A stretch of 64,000 nucleotides of DNA. It comes from a virus. This document shows positions 1-9,913 of the stretch, one piece after another (position 1 is the first letter of the stretch; each line of letters begins with the position of its first letter). The stretch lies in the IMG/VR virus record IMGVR_UViG_3300035682_000004. One strand, 5' to 3'. The notes beneath the pieces were generated by a model, which did not search any database, was not told where the DNA came from, and was given only the letters and a program-made list of their open reading frames with translations. Position numbers and translations under genes: made by a program.

Positions 1-774
1 GGTATGAGTAGTGATCAATTTATAGATGAAAACGGTAATCCATTATTATCTAATTGGGGTATTGATAAAGTTGAATTTAATAGGTTATATGAAAAAATCA
101 GAAAAAATGCAAAATCTGCAAAAGAAGCTCAAAGTAAATTAAGAGCTATGTTAGAATTAATAGCTATTGATATTGAAAAGAAATCAGATTATATAGATAC
201 TAATTTAAAATCAGCGGGTAATGGCTCAATATTTTGCAATTTTCCTCAATATAATGAAAAAGGAGAAATACTTAATGATAAAGCAGTACAAATAGATATT
301 AATGTAGGTGATTTAGATTGGTTAAATTTTAGTTACTATTCTAATACTATTAAAGATAATGTAAAAGGTTTACATAGAACTCAATTAATGGTAGCTATGT
401 TTAAAGTATTAGATAAAATTTTTAGTCATGGTGTTGGTGTTAAAGATAAAACAACAAAAGAAATAGTAGCAACTAATCCTCAAGAAGCATTAGCTATATT
501 AAATCAAGGATTTGGACTTAATTTATCTCAAGATGTATTAAATGATTATTTTGAATTAATGGAGGTTTTAAGACAAAGTGTTGAAAATAAAAAATTATCT
601 GAAAAGACATTTAATCAAATATTAGATGTATATTTAAAAATATTAGACTCAACTAATAGAGCTGATATTCCTTTAGATCTTCAAGAATACTGGATTGCTA
701 ATCAAAAGCGTTTAGATCTTAAAGGTAAATTACTACCAAAGGATTCTAACTTAATTAAATATAAAATAGCATAA
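1..774 (+). CDS. Nucleotidyltransferase-like protein, probably 5'-truncated by the window edge
   Basis: Frame is open from base 1; VQIDINVGD resembles VQIDNIVS of the pol-beta-type NTase domain of the next gene; TAATG overlap with the next gene. Confidence 0.45.
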   Translation, partial: GMSSDQFIDENGNPLLSNWGIDKVEFNRLYEKIRKNAKSAKEAQSKLRAMLELIAIDIEKKSDYIDTNLKSAGNGSIFCNFPQYNEKGEILNDKAVQIDINVGDLDWLNFSYYSNTIKDNVKGLHRTQLMVAMFKVLDKIFSHGVGVKDKTTKEIVATNPQEALAILNQGFGLNLSQDVLNDYFELMEVLRQSVENKKLSEKTFNQILDVYLKILDSTNRADIPLDLQEYWIANQKRLDLKGKLLPKDSNLIKYKIA

Positions 775-3248
775 TGTCAGGTTCAGCAGGTGGAAATAGA
801 ATATCTAGGGCGGCGGTAGAAAAAACTGTTCAGGATTATATAGACAATGTATTATCTAAATTCCCTGGATTTAAGGACGCTAAGGCAACTGGTTCTTATA
901 ACACAGGGACTAAACAAGATTTTGGTGATATTGATTTAATTGTTCATTTAGATAGTAAAGATAAAAAATTAGTTAAACAAGATTTAGCTAAATATTTTGC
1001 TTCTTTGCCCGATTCAGTTATTGTACCTTTTAAAAGTGATAAATATAAAGGAAAAAAATCACTTAGTAGTGGTGAATTAGTAACTGTATTATATCCTATA
1101 AGTGGTGTACCTGATGAATTTGTTCAAATAGATAACATTGTTTCTATTAGTGAAGAAGAATCAACATTTAAAAATACATTCTTAGACTACCCAGCTGAAG
1201 TACAAGGTTTACTTTTAGGTTTAGCTAAAGTAATTTGTTTAGAAGAAGATCCTAAAAAAATATTCGCTAGATTAGGTATTACTAATGTACCTGAACTTGA
1301 AGCAAATCAAGAATATGAATTCAATTTATCAAGCGCTGGATTAACATTACGTATAGTAACATTAGATAATTTTAAAGAACTTGATAGAACTGAGGTTTGG
1401 AAATCTTCAAATTGGAGTGTTGTTAAAAAATTATTCGACAATTACAATATAGATGGTGATTTTAAAACATTATTACAAGATTTAAAATCTAAATTAAAAA
1501 ACGAACGTTCTAAAAATAGAATAAAAGGTATATTTAAATCAATGGTATCTATTAAAAGTGGAGAAGTTGATACACCTAAAGGTGATAATAAACAAGCAGC
1601 ATTAGATGCTGTTAGTAGTTTATTAGAAAATAAATTATTTAAAGGATTAGTTAGAGAATTAATCTTGCCTTTAATTGAAGCAGATTCAAAGAAAACAGTA
1701 GCAATTTATCCAGGTGGTTTTAAACCACCTCATAAAGGTCATTTTAAAGCTGTTAAAATAGTATTAGAAAAATTTCCACAAATAAATAAATTTATTATTT
1801 ATGTCGGATCAGGAACAAGAAATGGAATTACTTCACTTGAATCAAAAGATATTTGGGAAATCTATGAAAAATATTTACCTTCAAACATAGAAATACAATT
1901 AACTAGTTCACCAGTTAAAGCAACTTATAAGTATGCTGAGACTCATCCTGATGAACATATAATATGGGTTGAAGGAGTTCGCCCAAACAATAGTAAAGAT
2001 TTAGCAGACATAGCGTCAAAAACAGGAGCTATAAGTGATTATAAAAATATTGAATTAGCTATTATTGATACTCAATTAGATGAAAGTGGAACAGACGCTC
2101 GTCAAGCATTAAAAAAAGGACAAGAAGCATTTTTGCCTTTTATTCCTGAAGAAGTAAAAGAAAAAACAAAAATATTTAATACTTTATCTAAAGTAGTTAC
2201 AGAACTAGTAACAAACACAAAAGTTATTTGTGATAAATGTGGTTGGACCTGGAAAATAGCTGATGGAGGTAAAGATTTATATATATGTCATAACAAATTA
2301 CCAGATGGTAGTATATGTGAACATGATAATAATCCTAATTTAAATGAAGGAACTTGTGATTATGATACAGATGTTAAAACAGGTAAAAAATTAGATACAC
2401 CTGGTGGATTAGAAGAAGGTAAGCAAGTTGGTCCTTTATATCACTACACATCAGCCGATGGATTAAAAGGCATCCTTCAGTCTAATAAAATAAATACCTC
2501 TGAAGAAAATTATTTAGGTAATGAATTATATTATATTTCATTTACTCGTAATAAAAATTTCTATAAAAAAGGATCTAATTTTGGAGTAAAAACAGATTAT
2601 AGAATTACATTAGATGGAGACAAATTATCTGACAAATATAAAATAACACCTTTTGCCTACAGACCGGGATGGAACTATGAAGACAATTGGGAATATAATT
2701 GGTTAGAAGATGAACCTGAAAGTGTAGTAAGAGATTTCTTTAATAATACTGGTGATTATGATGAACAAGAAGAAAGAATATCTTTTAAAGGTCCTGAAGA
2801 TGGAATTGATAACATAAAAAATTATATCTTAGCTGTTAATAAAGTAGAAGATTTAAAAGAAGGTAAAGAAAATAATGACTATAAAAAATATATTCCTGGA
2901 TTAACTAAATATATGATTGATCAAGGAATGAATATTAAACCATTACCTGTTGTTAAATTTATTAACAATGATAAAGCTAATGCTGAAAACGTATTTGGTA
3001 AAACAGCATTTTACAACCCAGAAGAAAAATCAATTACTTTATTTACTATGAATAGACATCCTAAAGATGTTTTACGTTCATTTTCACATGAAATGGTACA
3101 TCATATGCAAAATTTAGAAAATAGATTAAATAATATTAACACTACTAATACAAACGAAGACGGAGATTTACCTGAAATTGAAGAAGAAGCTTACAAATTA
3201 GGAAATATGATGTTACGTACATATGAAGACAGTAAAAAAAATAAATAA
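774..3248 (+). CDS. Multidomain protein: pol-beta-type nucleotidyltransferase + HIGH-motif cytidylyltransferase-like + Zn ribbon + ART-like + zincin metallopeptidase
   Basis: GS..DFGDIDL; GGFKPPHKGH; CDKC..CH; LYHYTS..ISFTR..EQEER; HEMVH. Confidence 0.7.
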   Translation: MSGSAGGNRISRAAVEKTVQDYIDNVLSKFPGFKDAKATGSYNTGTKQDFGDIDLIVHLDSKDKKLVKQDLAKYFASLPDSVIVPFKSDKYKGKKSLSSGELVTVLYPISGVPDEFVQIDNIVSISEEESTFKNTFLDYPAEVQGLLLGLAKVICLEEDPKKIFARLGITNVPELEANQEYEFNLSSAGLTLRIVTLDNFKELDRTEVWKSSNWSVVKKLFDNYNIDGDFKTLLQDLKSKLKNERSKNRIKGIFKSMVSIKSGEVDTPKGDNKQAALDAVSSLLENKLFKGLVRELILPLIEADSKKTVAIYPGGFKPPHKGHFKAVKIVLEKFPQINKFIIYVGSGTRNGITSLESKDIWEIYEKYLPSNIEIQLTSSPVKATYKYAETHPDEHIIWVEGVRPNNSKDLADIASKTGAISDYKNIELAIIDTQLDESGTDARQALKKGQEAFLPFIPEEVKEKTKIFNTLSKVVTELVTNTKVICDKCGWTWKIADGGKDLYICHNKLPDGSICEHDNNPNLNEGTCDYDTDVKTGKKLDTPGGLEEGKQVGPLYHYTSADGLKGILQSNKINTSEENYLGNELYYISFTRNKNFYKKGSNFGVKTDYRITLDGDKLSDKYKITPFAYRPGWNYEDNWEYNWLEDEPESVVRDFFNNTGDYDEQEERISFKGPEDGIDNIKNYILAVNKVEDLKEGKENNDYKKYIPGLTKYMIDQGMNIKPLPVVKFINNDKANAENVFGKTAFYNPEEKSITLFTMNRHPKDVLRSFSHEMVHHMQNLENRLNNINTTNTNEDGDLPEIEEEAYKLGNMMLRTYEDSKKNK

Positions 3249-3267
3249 AACAAAATAAAAAGATAAT

Positions 3268-3663
3268 ATGAAAAAATTAATTGACCTTTTAAGAGAAAAT
3301 TTGGAAGAAAAAACAATGGAAGTAAAAGAAGTTATCACTAAAGACTACGATGTGGTTGATGAAGTAGGTAAATTCTTTGTTGTTATTAAACCAGACACTA
3401 AATCAACTAAAGAAAATATTTTATTTGATGCTGATGCATTCAAATTTGCTGATAAAATTAAAGGCGGATTAAAATTTGAAAATGTATTAGGTATGTTCAA
3501 AAATAAATCAGACGCTAGTAGAACAGCAACTGAAGCTTTAAAAGCTCGTGATACCCAAATTGATGACTTAAAAACATCAATGGATGAATTTAGAACATCT
3601 AGAGAGGATATTAAAACTAAAAAAGAAAAAGCTCAAGAATTAATTAAAAAATTACAGCAGTAA
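3268..3663 (+). CDS. Hypothetical protein, putative internal head protein
   Basis: Leader MKKLIDLLRE; C-terminal coiled coil. Confidence 0.5.
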   Translation: MKKLIDLLRENLEEKTMEVKEVITKDYDVVDEVGKFFVVIKPDTKSTKENILFDADAFKFADKIKGGLKFENVLGMFKNKSDASRTATEALKARDTQIDDLKTSMDEFRTSREDIKTKKEKAQELIKKLQQ

Positions 3664-3664
3664 T

Positions 3665-4621
3665 ATGGCTTACAAATACAAATTAAGAGAAGCAGAAGCA
3701 GAAGCTACACCTTCAAATCGTGAACAAGTAGATTACGATATTATACTTACTCCTAAAGGTGTTTCTGTAGAAGATACAATTAAAGCTTTAGAAAATATAG
3801 ATAATTACGGAATATATATTTCTAATCTGAATAATAATGATCCAAAAATGAGAAAAGCAAAAGAGGCTTATTTTGGAACACCCGCTGAGCGTAGAGTAAA
3901 AGCGAATCAAGGTAAATTTCCTGAATTCACTAATTCATCTAATCTTGCTTTTATTAAAGCATTTAATAGTAAATCTACATTATTAAAATATAAAGCTAAA
4001 GATGATACTATTGTTTTCCCTAAATCAGGAAATCCATCTAAAAATTTAACTAAAAAAATGATTGATGTAGTAATGAAAAATGCTAAAATTGATTATTCAG
4101 TAGCTGATAAGGAAGCAGTAGATGAAGCAATGGTAAATAAAGAAAATTTAAAAATTACAAGTCGTAAAGATAAAAACGACCCAAACGTCTTTTTAATCAA
4201 TATCGAATATCCATCTGGTCCTGGATTTTCAACTGCTTTAGGTTCTAAGACTATGTCAGGTCAAGAAAGCGAAAAAGGTGCTAAATTAGCATTAGAAAAA
4301 GGTAATAAGATTGTTGATAAATTATCAACAAAATACAATATTGAGGATCATGATATAAATGATTTAAAAAATGGTACAGTACAAGTATACATTAGATCAA
4401 ATGATTTTGCTAAAATGTCTTCACCTTCAATTGATGAAACTAAAAATGATGAAATAGATCCAGACTCTGAAGAAGCAAAAGTATATTTTATGCAACAATT
4501 TAAATTAGGTAATATTGAAAAAATACCTGATAATCCTAAAGCAGAATACATGAAAATCAAAATGACTAAAGAAGAATTAAAAGAAGTCATTAGAGAACAA
4601 ATAAAAAGTCTAATAAAATAA
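3665..4621 (+). CDS. Hypothetical modular protein, putative internal head protein
   Basis: xxE-separated segments; C-terminal MTKEELKEVIREQIKSLIK helix. Confidence 0.5.
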   Translation: MAYKYKLREAEAEATPSNREQVDYDIILTPKGVSVEDTIKALENIDNYGIYISNLNNNDPKMRKAKEAYFGTPAERRVKANQGKFPEFTNSSNLAFIKAFNSKSTLLKYKAKDDTIVFPKSGNPSKNLTKKMIDVVMKNAKIDYSVADKEAVDEAMVNKENLKITSRKDKNDPNVFLINIEYPSGPGFSTALGSKTMSGQESEKGAKLALEKGNKIVDKLSTKYNIEDHDINDLKNGTVQVYIRSNDFAKMSSPSIDETKNDEIDPDSEEAKVYFMQQFKLGNIEKIPDNPKAEYMKIKMTKEELKEVIREQIKSLIK

Positions 4622-4624
4622 TAA

Positions 4625-5194
4625 ATGTCAGAATCAGTTTTAAAAAAAGAATTTAAAGAAAAAGATGTACAACGTCTTCGTAATTTAGTTCAAGGTAAAT
4701 ATGGTGAAAAAACTAGTACTAGTATTGGTTTTACCAAACAACAAGAGTTTCATAATGAAGGAGATGTATGGGAAGAAGATGGTCGTAAATGGACCATTAA
4801 AAATGGTATAAAACAAAATGTTACAAAATTGGATAAAGCAAAAGCTCAAATCCATTTACCATTATTTTGCCCTGAATGTTCTCAAGTAATGAAACATCGT
4901 TATGATAAACAGTTTTATATTCAATATAACAGATGCTTTAACTGCCAGATAGAATTTGAAGGTACAATAAAAGCAAAAGGATTATGGGTTGAATATGAAA
5001 AAAATATATTAAATTCTGATATTGATAGTATAATTAAAGATTTTAATATTTGGATTGATGAAAAAATAGATACCAAAATGGAATCTTATATTACAGAGGC
5101 AGGAGATGTGGAATCATGGAATGGCTCAGATAAAGCACAATTATTAAAGAATAAAGAACAAACAATAGAATACCTACAAAGTTTAAAAAAGTAA
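4625..5194 (+). CDS. Hypothetical protein with Zn ribbon
   Basis: CPEC...CFNC. Confidence 0.55.
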   Translation: MSESVLKKEFKEKDVQRLRNLVQGKYGEKTSTSIGFTKQQEFHNEGDVWEEDGRKWTIKNGIKQNVTKLDKAKAQIHLPLFCPECSQVMKHRYDKQFYIQYNRCFNCQIEFEGTIKAKGLWVEYEKNILNSDIDSIIKDFNIWIDEKIDTKMESYITEAGDVESWNGSDKAQLLKNKEQTIEYLQSLKK

Positions 5195-5799
5195 TGGATA
5201 TAATAACGGCAGTGATAGTTGCATTTATAACAGCGGTAATAGGACCAATAGCAATGACATGGGTTAAAAATAAATTAGAGAGAAAAAAGCAAGACCCATT
5301 AGCTGAGGCTATTGAACATAATGCATTAATCGACCATCAAGTTGATAATTTATTTGATCAATTAAATTGTGATCGTGTATGGATATCACAATTCCATAAT
5401 GGTGGGCATTTATATCCTACAGGTAAATCATTACAAAAATTCTCAATATTATATGAAAAAGTAGGTATTGATGTAGCATCTGTTAAAGAAGTATACCAAA
5501 ATATTCCCACATCATTATTTAGTAAAGCATTTTCTACATTATATAAAGAAGGTGAAATTACATTACCTCATTATGATATTGATAAAGCTCAAAATTTATT
5601 CCCAGTAGATAAAACATGTGGTACTAAATCATTTTACGCTCTTGCTATATATGATTTGCATGACCAGTTTATAGGTGTGTTAGTTATTGATTATGTTAAT
5701 CAAGGTCATGTATTAACGCTAGAAGAATGGATATTTATAAGACAGAAGGTAGGTGCTATAGGTACACTACTAAGTAATTATTTAAAAAATAAAAAATAA
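5194..5799 (+). CDS. Membrane-anchored GAF-like protein, possible T4 gpT-type holin
   Basis: N-terminal TM helix (IITAVIVAFITAVIGPIAM) followed by a GAF-like pattern (CDRVWISQFHNG...FIGVLVIDY). Confidence 0.45.
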   Translation: MDIITAVIVAFITAVIGPIAMTWVKNKLERKKQDPLAEAIEHNALIDHQVDNLFDQLNCDRVWISQFHNGGHLYPTGKSLQKFSILYEKVGIDVASVKEVYQNIPTSLFSKAFSTLYKEGEITLPHYDIDKAQNLFPVDKTCGTKSFYALAIYDLHDQFIGVLVIDYVNQGHVLTLEEWIFIRQKVGAIGTLLSNYLKNKK

Positions 5800-6008
5800 T
5801 GAGTACTTTTAATACATATAAATACTTTAACAACCGTCGTTTAGTTGAAAATAATGAGATGATGGAAGAAGATATATTAAATCCTGTAATTAAATTTGAT
5901 GTTAGTGAAAAACTGTACAAAATATTAAAGGATAATCCTGATTTATTAGATAATGATAAATTTTATTCACAATTTCACTACAGAATTAATGATCTATTAA
6001 GCAAATAA
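5799..6008 (+). CDS. Small hypothetical protein
   Basis: TAATG-coupled ORF, 69 aa. Confidence 0.5.
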   Translation: MSTFNTYKYFNNRRLVENNEMMEEDILNPVIKFDVSEKLYKILKDNPDLLDNDKFYSQFHYRINDLLSK

Positions 6009-6009
6009 C

Positions 6010-6396
6010 ATGAGCATAATTAAAGAAGACGCTTTTGAAGATGTAGCGCGTGAAAACTTAAAATTAATTCCAAAACTAATTAATCCTTCTAATCAAGGTA
6101 ATGTTAAGAATTTATTAAAAGGTAAAGATCTTAATTCATTATCTGCGAAAAATGATTTTGTTCTTATTAATAAAATATATAATATTATTAAACCTAAACC
6201 TAAACAAAATAACTTAAAAGAGCGCATTGATAATATATTAAATGAAATATTAACTGAAAAACTTTGCCCTAAAGGCGAAGCATATCGTCAACGTAGACTT
6301 GCAGCTGGCGAAAAATCTTCAGCTTATTTATCAGGACGTGGTATTAAAGTTTGTAAAGGCTTAATGTCAGGTAAGAAAAAGAAAAAGAAAAAATAA
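6010..6396 (+). CDS. Basic hypothetical protein, putative internal head or DNA-binding protein
   Basis: ILNEILTE followed by a basic Cys-containing module and a poly-Lys tail. Confidence 0.5.
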   Translation: MSIIKEDAFEDVARENLKLIPKLINPSNQGNVKNLLKGKDLNSLSAKNDFVLINKIYNIIKPKPKQNNLKERIDNILNEILTEKLCPKGEAYRQRRLAAGEKSSAYLSGRGIKVCKGLMSGKKKKKKK

Positions 6397-6674
6397 TGGA
6401 TAATAATCGCTTAAAAGAATTAGTATCTGAATCATTATACGACTGGTTTAAAAAAGAAAAATGGGTCCGTATAAATACTCAAGGTAAGATCGCAGGTGAC
6501 TGTGGTACAATGCCTAAAGGTAAAGCAACACAACGTTGTTTACCATCAGCTAAAGCTAAAAGCTTAACTAAAGCTGAACGTGCTGCAACAACACGCAAAA
6601 AAATTGAGGGAGATAAAAAAGGTAAACAATTTGTACCTAACACAAAAAAAGCAAAAGTTAAGTTTAACAAATAA
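6396..6674 (+). CDS. Small basic protein, putative internal head or DNA-binding protein
   Basis: Leader MDNNRLKELVSE, then a Lys/Arg-rich module. Confidence 0.5.
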   Translation: MDNNRLKELVSESLYDWFKKEKWVRINTQGKIAGDCGTMPKGKATQRCLPSAKAKSLTKAERAATTRKKIEGDKKGKQFVPNTKKAKVKFNK

Positions 6675-6678
6675 TACA

Positions 6679-6686
6679 TATTTATA
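6679..6686 (+). promoter_or_regulatory. Putative late promoter TATTTATA
   Basis: Intergenic motif recurring before many virion-related genes. Confidence 0.6.
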
Positions 6687-6705
6687 ATATATAACTATAT
6701 AAAAC

Positions 6706-8052
6706 ATGAAACCAACATTAAATGAACAATTAGCTCGCATGCAAAAATTAGCGGGTATTATTAAAGAAAATCAATTAAACAAAGATCCAAAAGTAAGTTT
6801 TGGTAAATTTAAAAATGTTGAATACTATAAAGTAGATAATGAACTTTATTTAGTTGTTACTAACAGTGATAATTTTAAAGAAATAGAAAATTCTATGGAT
6901 TTTGGTGATAGAGATTATTTAAAAGATAAAGAAAAATCATTTTTAAATAATACAGTAGATAAATTAGCAGATGAAATGAGTAATTATTTAACTTCTATTG
7001 GAGTAAAAAATGAAGTAGGTGATAGTCCAATAGGATATGGTCAAGAAATTGATAATTTAATAGTTGTTATTAATCCAAATGATTTATCTAAATTAAATAA
7101 TACACAAATGAGCGAAGGTGAAGGTGCTTACGAATATGAAAAAGGTAAAGCAGCTGGTAAAAAAATTGAAAAAGAAAAGATGACTAAATCTAAACTTAAA
7201 GAGCAAATCAAAGAAATGATTTTAGCTGAATTAAATGAAGATTCTACAGAAGATGTTAATATCAATGACACTAGTAATGCTTACGATTTTAATGAATCAA
7301 AAATAGCTGAAGCAGAAGATGGTAATTACAAACTTTTAGATATAAATGATGTTGATCTTGGATCAATTGATGTAGAAGGTAATATATATGATACTGGTTA
7401 TATTTCTTCAGCTAAATTTAACAATGGTGACGAGCTTTCTCTTAACCAACGTGTAGAATTAGAAGATCTATTAGGTAAAGATGAAATAGCTAAATTAATT
7501 AACCTTAATGAAGCTAAAAAAGATAAAGAAGAAGTTGAAGATGTAACAGTAGATGATACTGAAGTAGTTGATGCTCCTGAATCAGATATGATGGCTGGTG
7601 AATCAGCTGAAGTATCAGGTATTCAAGCTAACTTACAAGCGGCATATGCTGAAGCAAAAGCATTAGGTGATGAAAAATTAATCACTCAAATTGCTAATAC
7701 AATTACTTATTTTACTAAAGCTCATATCTTAGATACAGCTCCAATTAATGAAGCTATAAATGATGATAGTGCTAATGCTATATATGATATTTTATCAAAC
7801 ATGGACAATGAAGACATAATAAATGATATGTTTACAGCAATACAGAAAAATCCAGAAATGAAATTAGAAGATTTCTTAAATCAGTATGATGCTGGAGACA
7901 ATCCAGGTGATGATAATGATGATAATTATGATGACAGTATGGATGTTTATGATGATAGTTATCCTAACATAGCTGAAGCTAAAAAAGCTAAAGGTAAATT
8001 AGATCAAATTAATGAAAATATGTTTCCAATGTTAAAAAGAATTTTAAGATAA
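6706..8052 (+). CDS. Acidic modular protein with RMQKLAG tag, putative internal head polyprotein
   Basis: N-terminus MKPTLNEQLARMQKLAGII matches the scaffold C-terminus; many LNE/IAE/INE sites. Confidence 0.6.
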   Translation: MKPTLNEQLARMQKLAGIIKENQLNKDPKVSFGKFKNVEYYKVDNELYLVVTNSDNFKEIENSMDFGDRDYLKDKEKSFLNNTVDKLADEMSNYLTSIGVKNEVGDSPIGYGQEIDNLIVVINPNDLSKLNNTQMSEGEGAYEYEKGKAAGKKIEKEKMTKSKLKEQIKEMILAELNEDSTEDVNINDTSNAYDFNESKIAEAEDGNYKLLDINDVDLGSIDVEGNIYDTGYISSAKFNNGDELSLNQRVELEDLLGKDEIAKLINLNEAKKDKEEVEDVTVDDTEVVDAPESDMMAGESAEVSGIQANLQAAYAEAKALGDEKLITQIANTITYFTKAHILDTAPINEAINDDSANAIYDILSNMDNEDIINDMFTAIQKNPEMKLEDFLNQYDAGDNPGDDNDDNYDDSMDVYDDSYPNIAEAKKAKGKLDQINENMFPMLKRILR

Positions 8053-9428
8053 TGAAACAAAGCATCACTGAAAGACTATTAACTCCTAAGGAATTAGAAA
8101 AACGTGATCAGGTTATTAAACAACTTAAAACAAAAAAATCATCGTTAGTAAAACGTTATGGTAATATTGCTGAAAAAGTAATGTATGGACGTGCTACTAA
8201 TATAGCTAAAAAAACAGTAGAAAACATGAATAAAGATAAAGTACGTGAAATGATTAAGAAGACTCTTATGGGTCCCGTAGGTGGTGAATTCCCTGACTTA
8301 AGTGGTGATAATGAAGTGACTCGAAAAGATATTCTAATAGGCAGAGGAGTTAAATTTAAAAACGAAGACATTGATTTAGGTCATCAAGATGATGAACCAG
8401 ATATGTTAAAAGCATCTGTTTATCGTATAGCACAATACGCTGCTGGTTTATATAAAATGCTAGACAAGTATGATCAAATGGATCAAGAAGTTGATTTTCC
8501 TGATTGGTGGCAAGAAAAAATTCATTTAGCTGCTGATTATATGGACAAAGCTAAACATTATTTAGAATTTGAAGAAAAACAACCAGCTTTAGATGCTATG
8601 ATTCAAGAAGAATCTAAATTTTTCGCATCAAAAGAAAATGTTAATCTTGAATTAGTACAAAAAGTAGAAGACTTTATTAGAGAAGTAGCTCAAGATTATG
8701 GTTACGGTGTTGATGATGCTTACTTTGCTATTATGCAGGTTCTTAAAGCTGGTTTAGTAAACGAAGGAGTAAATGAAGAAGAAGCAGAAGCTAAAGATGC
8801 AGTAGATACAGTTACTATGGATGTACCTTTATTTATTCGTATGTTAGAATTTGCTCGTGAAGACGCTAAAGCAGATATGGATTTACATGATGTAGCTGAA
8901 AAAGCTATTGAAATTAATAAAAGTAAAGAAACATTATCAATGCAGGATTACGAAGATATTATCCCAGTAATGGATGAACCAATGGATGAGGCTACTGATG
9001 CACAAGAAGAATATAGAGTTAAATCATCTAAACCAACACAATTTAAACAGGATATTGCAGCAGCTAAAAAAATGATTGATGCTGGAAAATCGGAAAAAGA
9101 AGTAGTGTCAAAATATAGTCAAGCAGTTTTCAATGCTGTAAATGCACAGAACATGGATGAAGTTAAATCTTCAACAAACTCAACATTAGCTGAAAAGATA
9201 ATGGCTAAACTTAAAAAACCAATGGTTAAAGAAGAAGCCACAGAAGGTGAAAAGTGGGTAGTATGGATCAATGTAGATAAAACCGGTAAAAAATTAAGAC
9301 ATACTTTAAATTCAAAAGCTGAAGCTCAAAAAATAGGCCAACGAGTAAAAAATAATTATTATGATGATTATGATACTGAAGTAGGTATGATGAGTTTATC
9401 AGACTGGAACAAAGAAAATAAAAACTAA
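8052..9428 (+). CDS. Modular hypothetical protein, putative internal head polyprotein
   Basis: Short modules (EF-hand-like DLSGDNEVTRKD; MDVPLFIRMLE) separated by xxE sites. Confidence 0.55.
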   Translation: MKQSITERLLTPKELEKRDQVIKQLKTKKSSLVKRYGNIAEKVMYGRATNIAKKTVENMNKDKVREMIKKTLMGPVGGEFPDLSGDNEVTRKDILIGRGVKFKNEDIDLGHQDDEPDMLKASVYRIAQYAAGLYKMLDKYDQMDQEVDFPDWWQEKIHLAADYMDKAKHYLEFEEKQPALDAMIQEESKFFASKENVNLELVQKVEDFIREVAQDYGYGVDDAYFAIMQVLKAGLVNEGVNEEEAEAKDAVDTVTMDVPLFIRMLEFAREDAKADMDLHDVAEKAIEINKSKETLSMQDYEDIIPVMDEPMDEATDAQEEYRVKSSKPTQFKQDIAAAKKMIDAGKSEKEVVSKYSQAVFNAVNAQNMDEVKSSTNSTLAEKIMAKLKKPMVKEEATEGEKWVVWINVDKTGKKLRHTLNSKAEAQKIGQRVKNNYYDDYDTEVGMMSLSDWNKENKN

Positions 9429-9907
9429 TGGTAAAAGAAGACTTTAAAAATAGAATACGCGCTATTGTAAAGCAAGTTTACAAAGCCCAATCTAAAATAG
9501 ATTTAGATGTTCCTAAAACAGATATTTCTTTAGATTTGGATAAGTTTCCTATTTTAGCTAAATTCCCTACATTACGTGATTCTATCATTCAATTATTAAC
9601 AACTCAATATAAAGATTTTGTTAGTGAGATACAATGGATAGCACCTAAACCAACAACATTTAAAATATTATTAGCAAACAATCAATTCTTTTACTTACTA
9701 TACGATGACATCACATGGATTTGTAAATCAGAAGGTAAAAAATATTGGTTAAATGATATAAAAGACGAAGGGCGGGCTACAGAGTCTATAGCTAGATTAT
9801 TATCATATGGTGCTTCAAAAGATGCAAACGCATCATTTAAAGATTCAGGTGATGAAGCAGCTACAGAACCAGGCCCAGCAGAAGCATCGGTTCCAGCAGA
9901 AGCATAA
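9428..9907 (+). CDS. Hypothetical protein
   Basis: TAATG-coupled ORF. Confidence 0.55.
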   Translation: MVKEDFKNRIRAIVKQVYKAQSKIDLDVPKTDISLDLDKFPILAKFPTLRDSIIQLLTTQYKDFVSEIQWIAPKPTTFKILLANNQFFYLLYDDITWICKSEGKKYWLNDIKDEGRATESIARLLSYGASKDANASFKDSGDEAATEPGPAEASVPAEA

Positions 9908-9913
9908 TAAACT

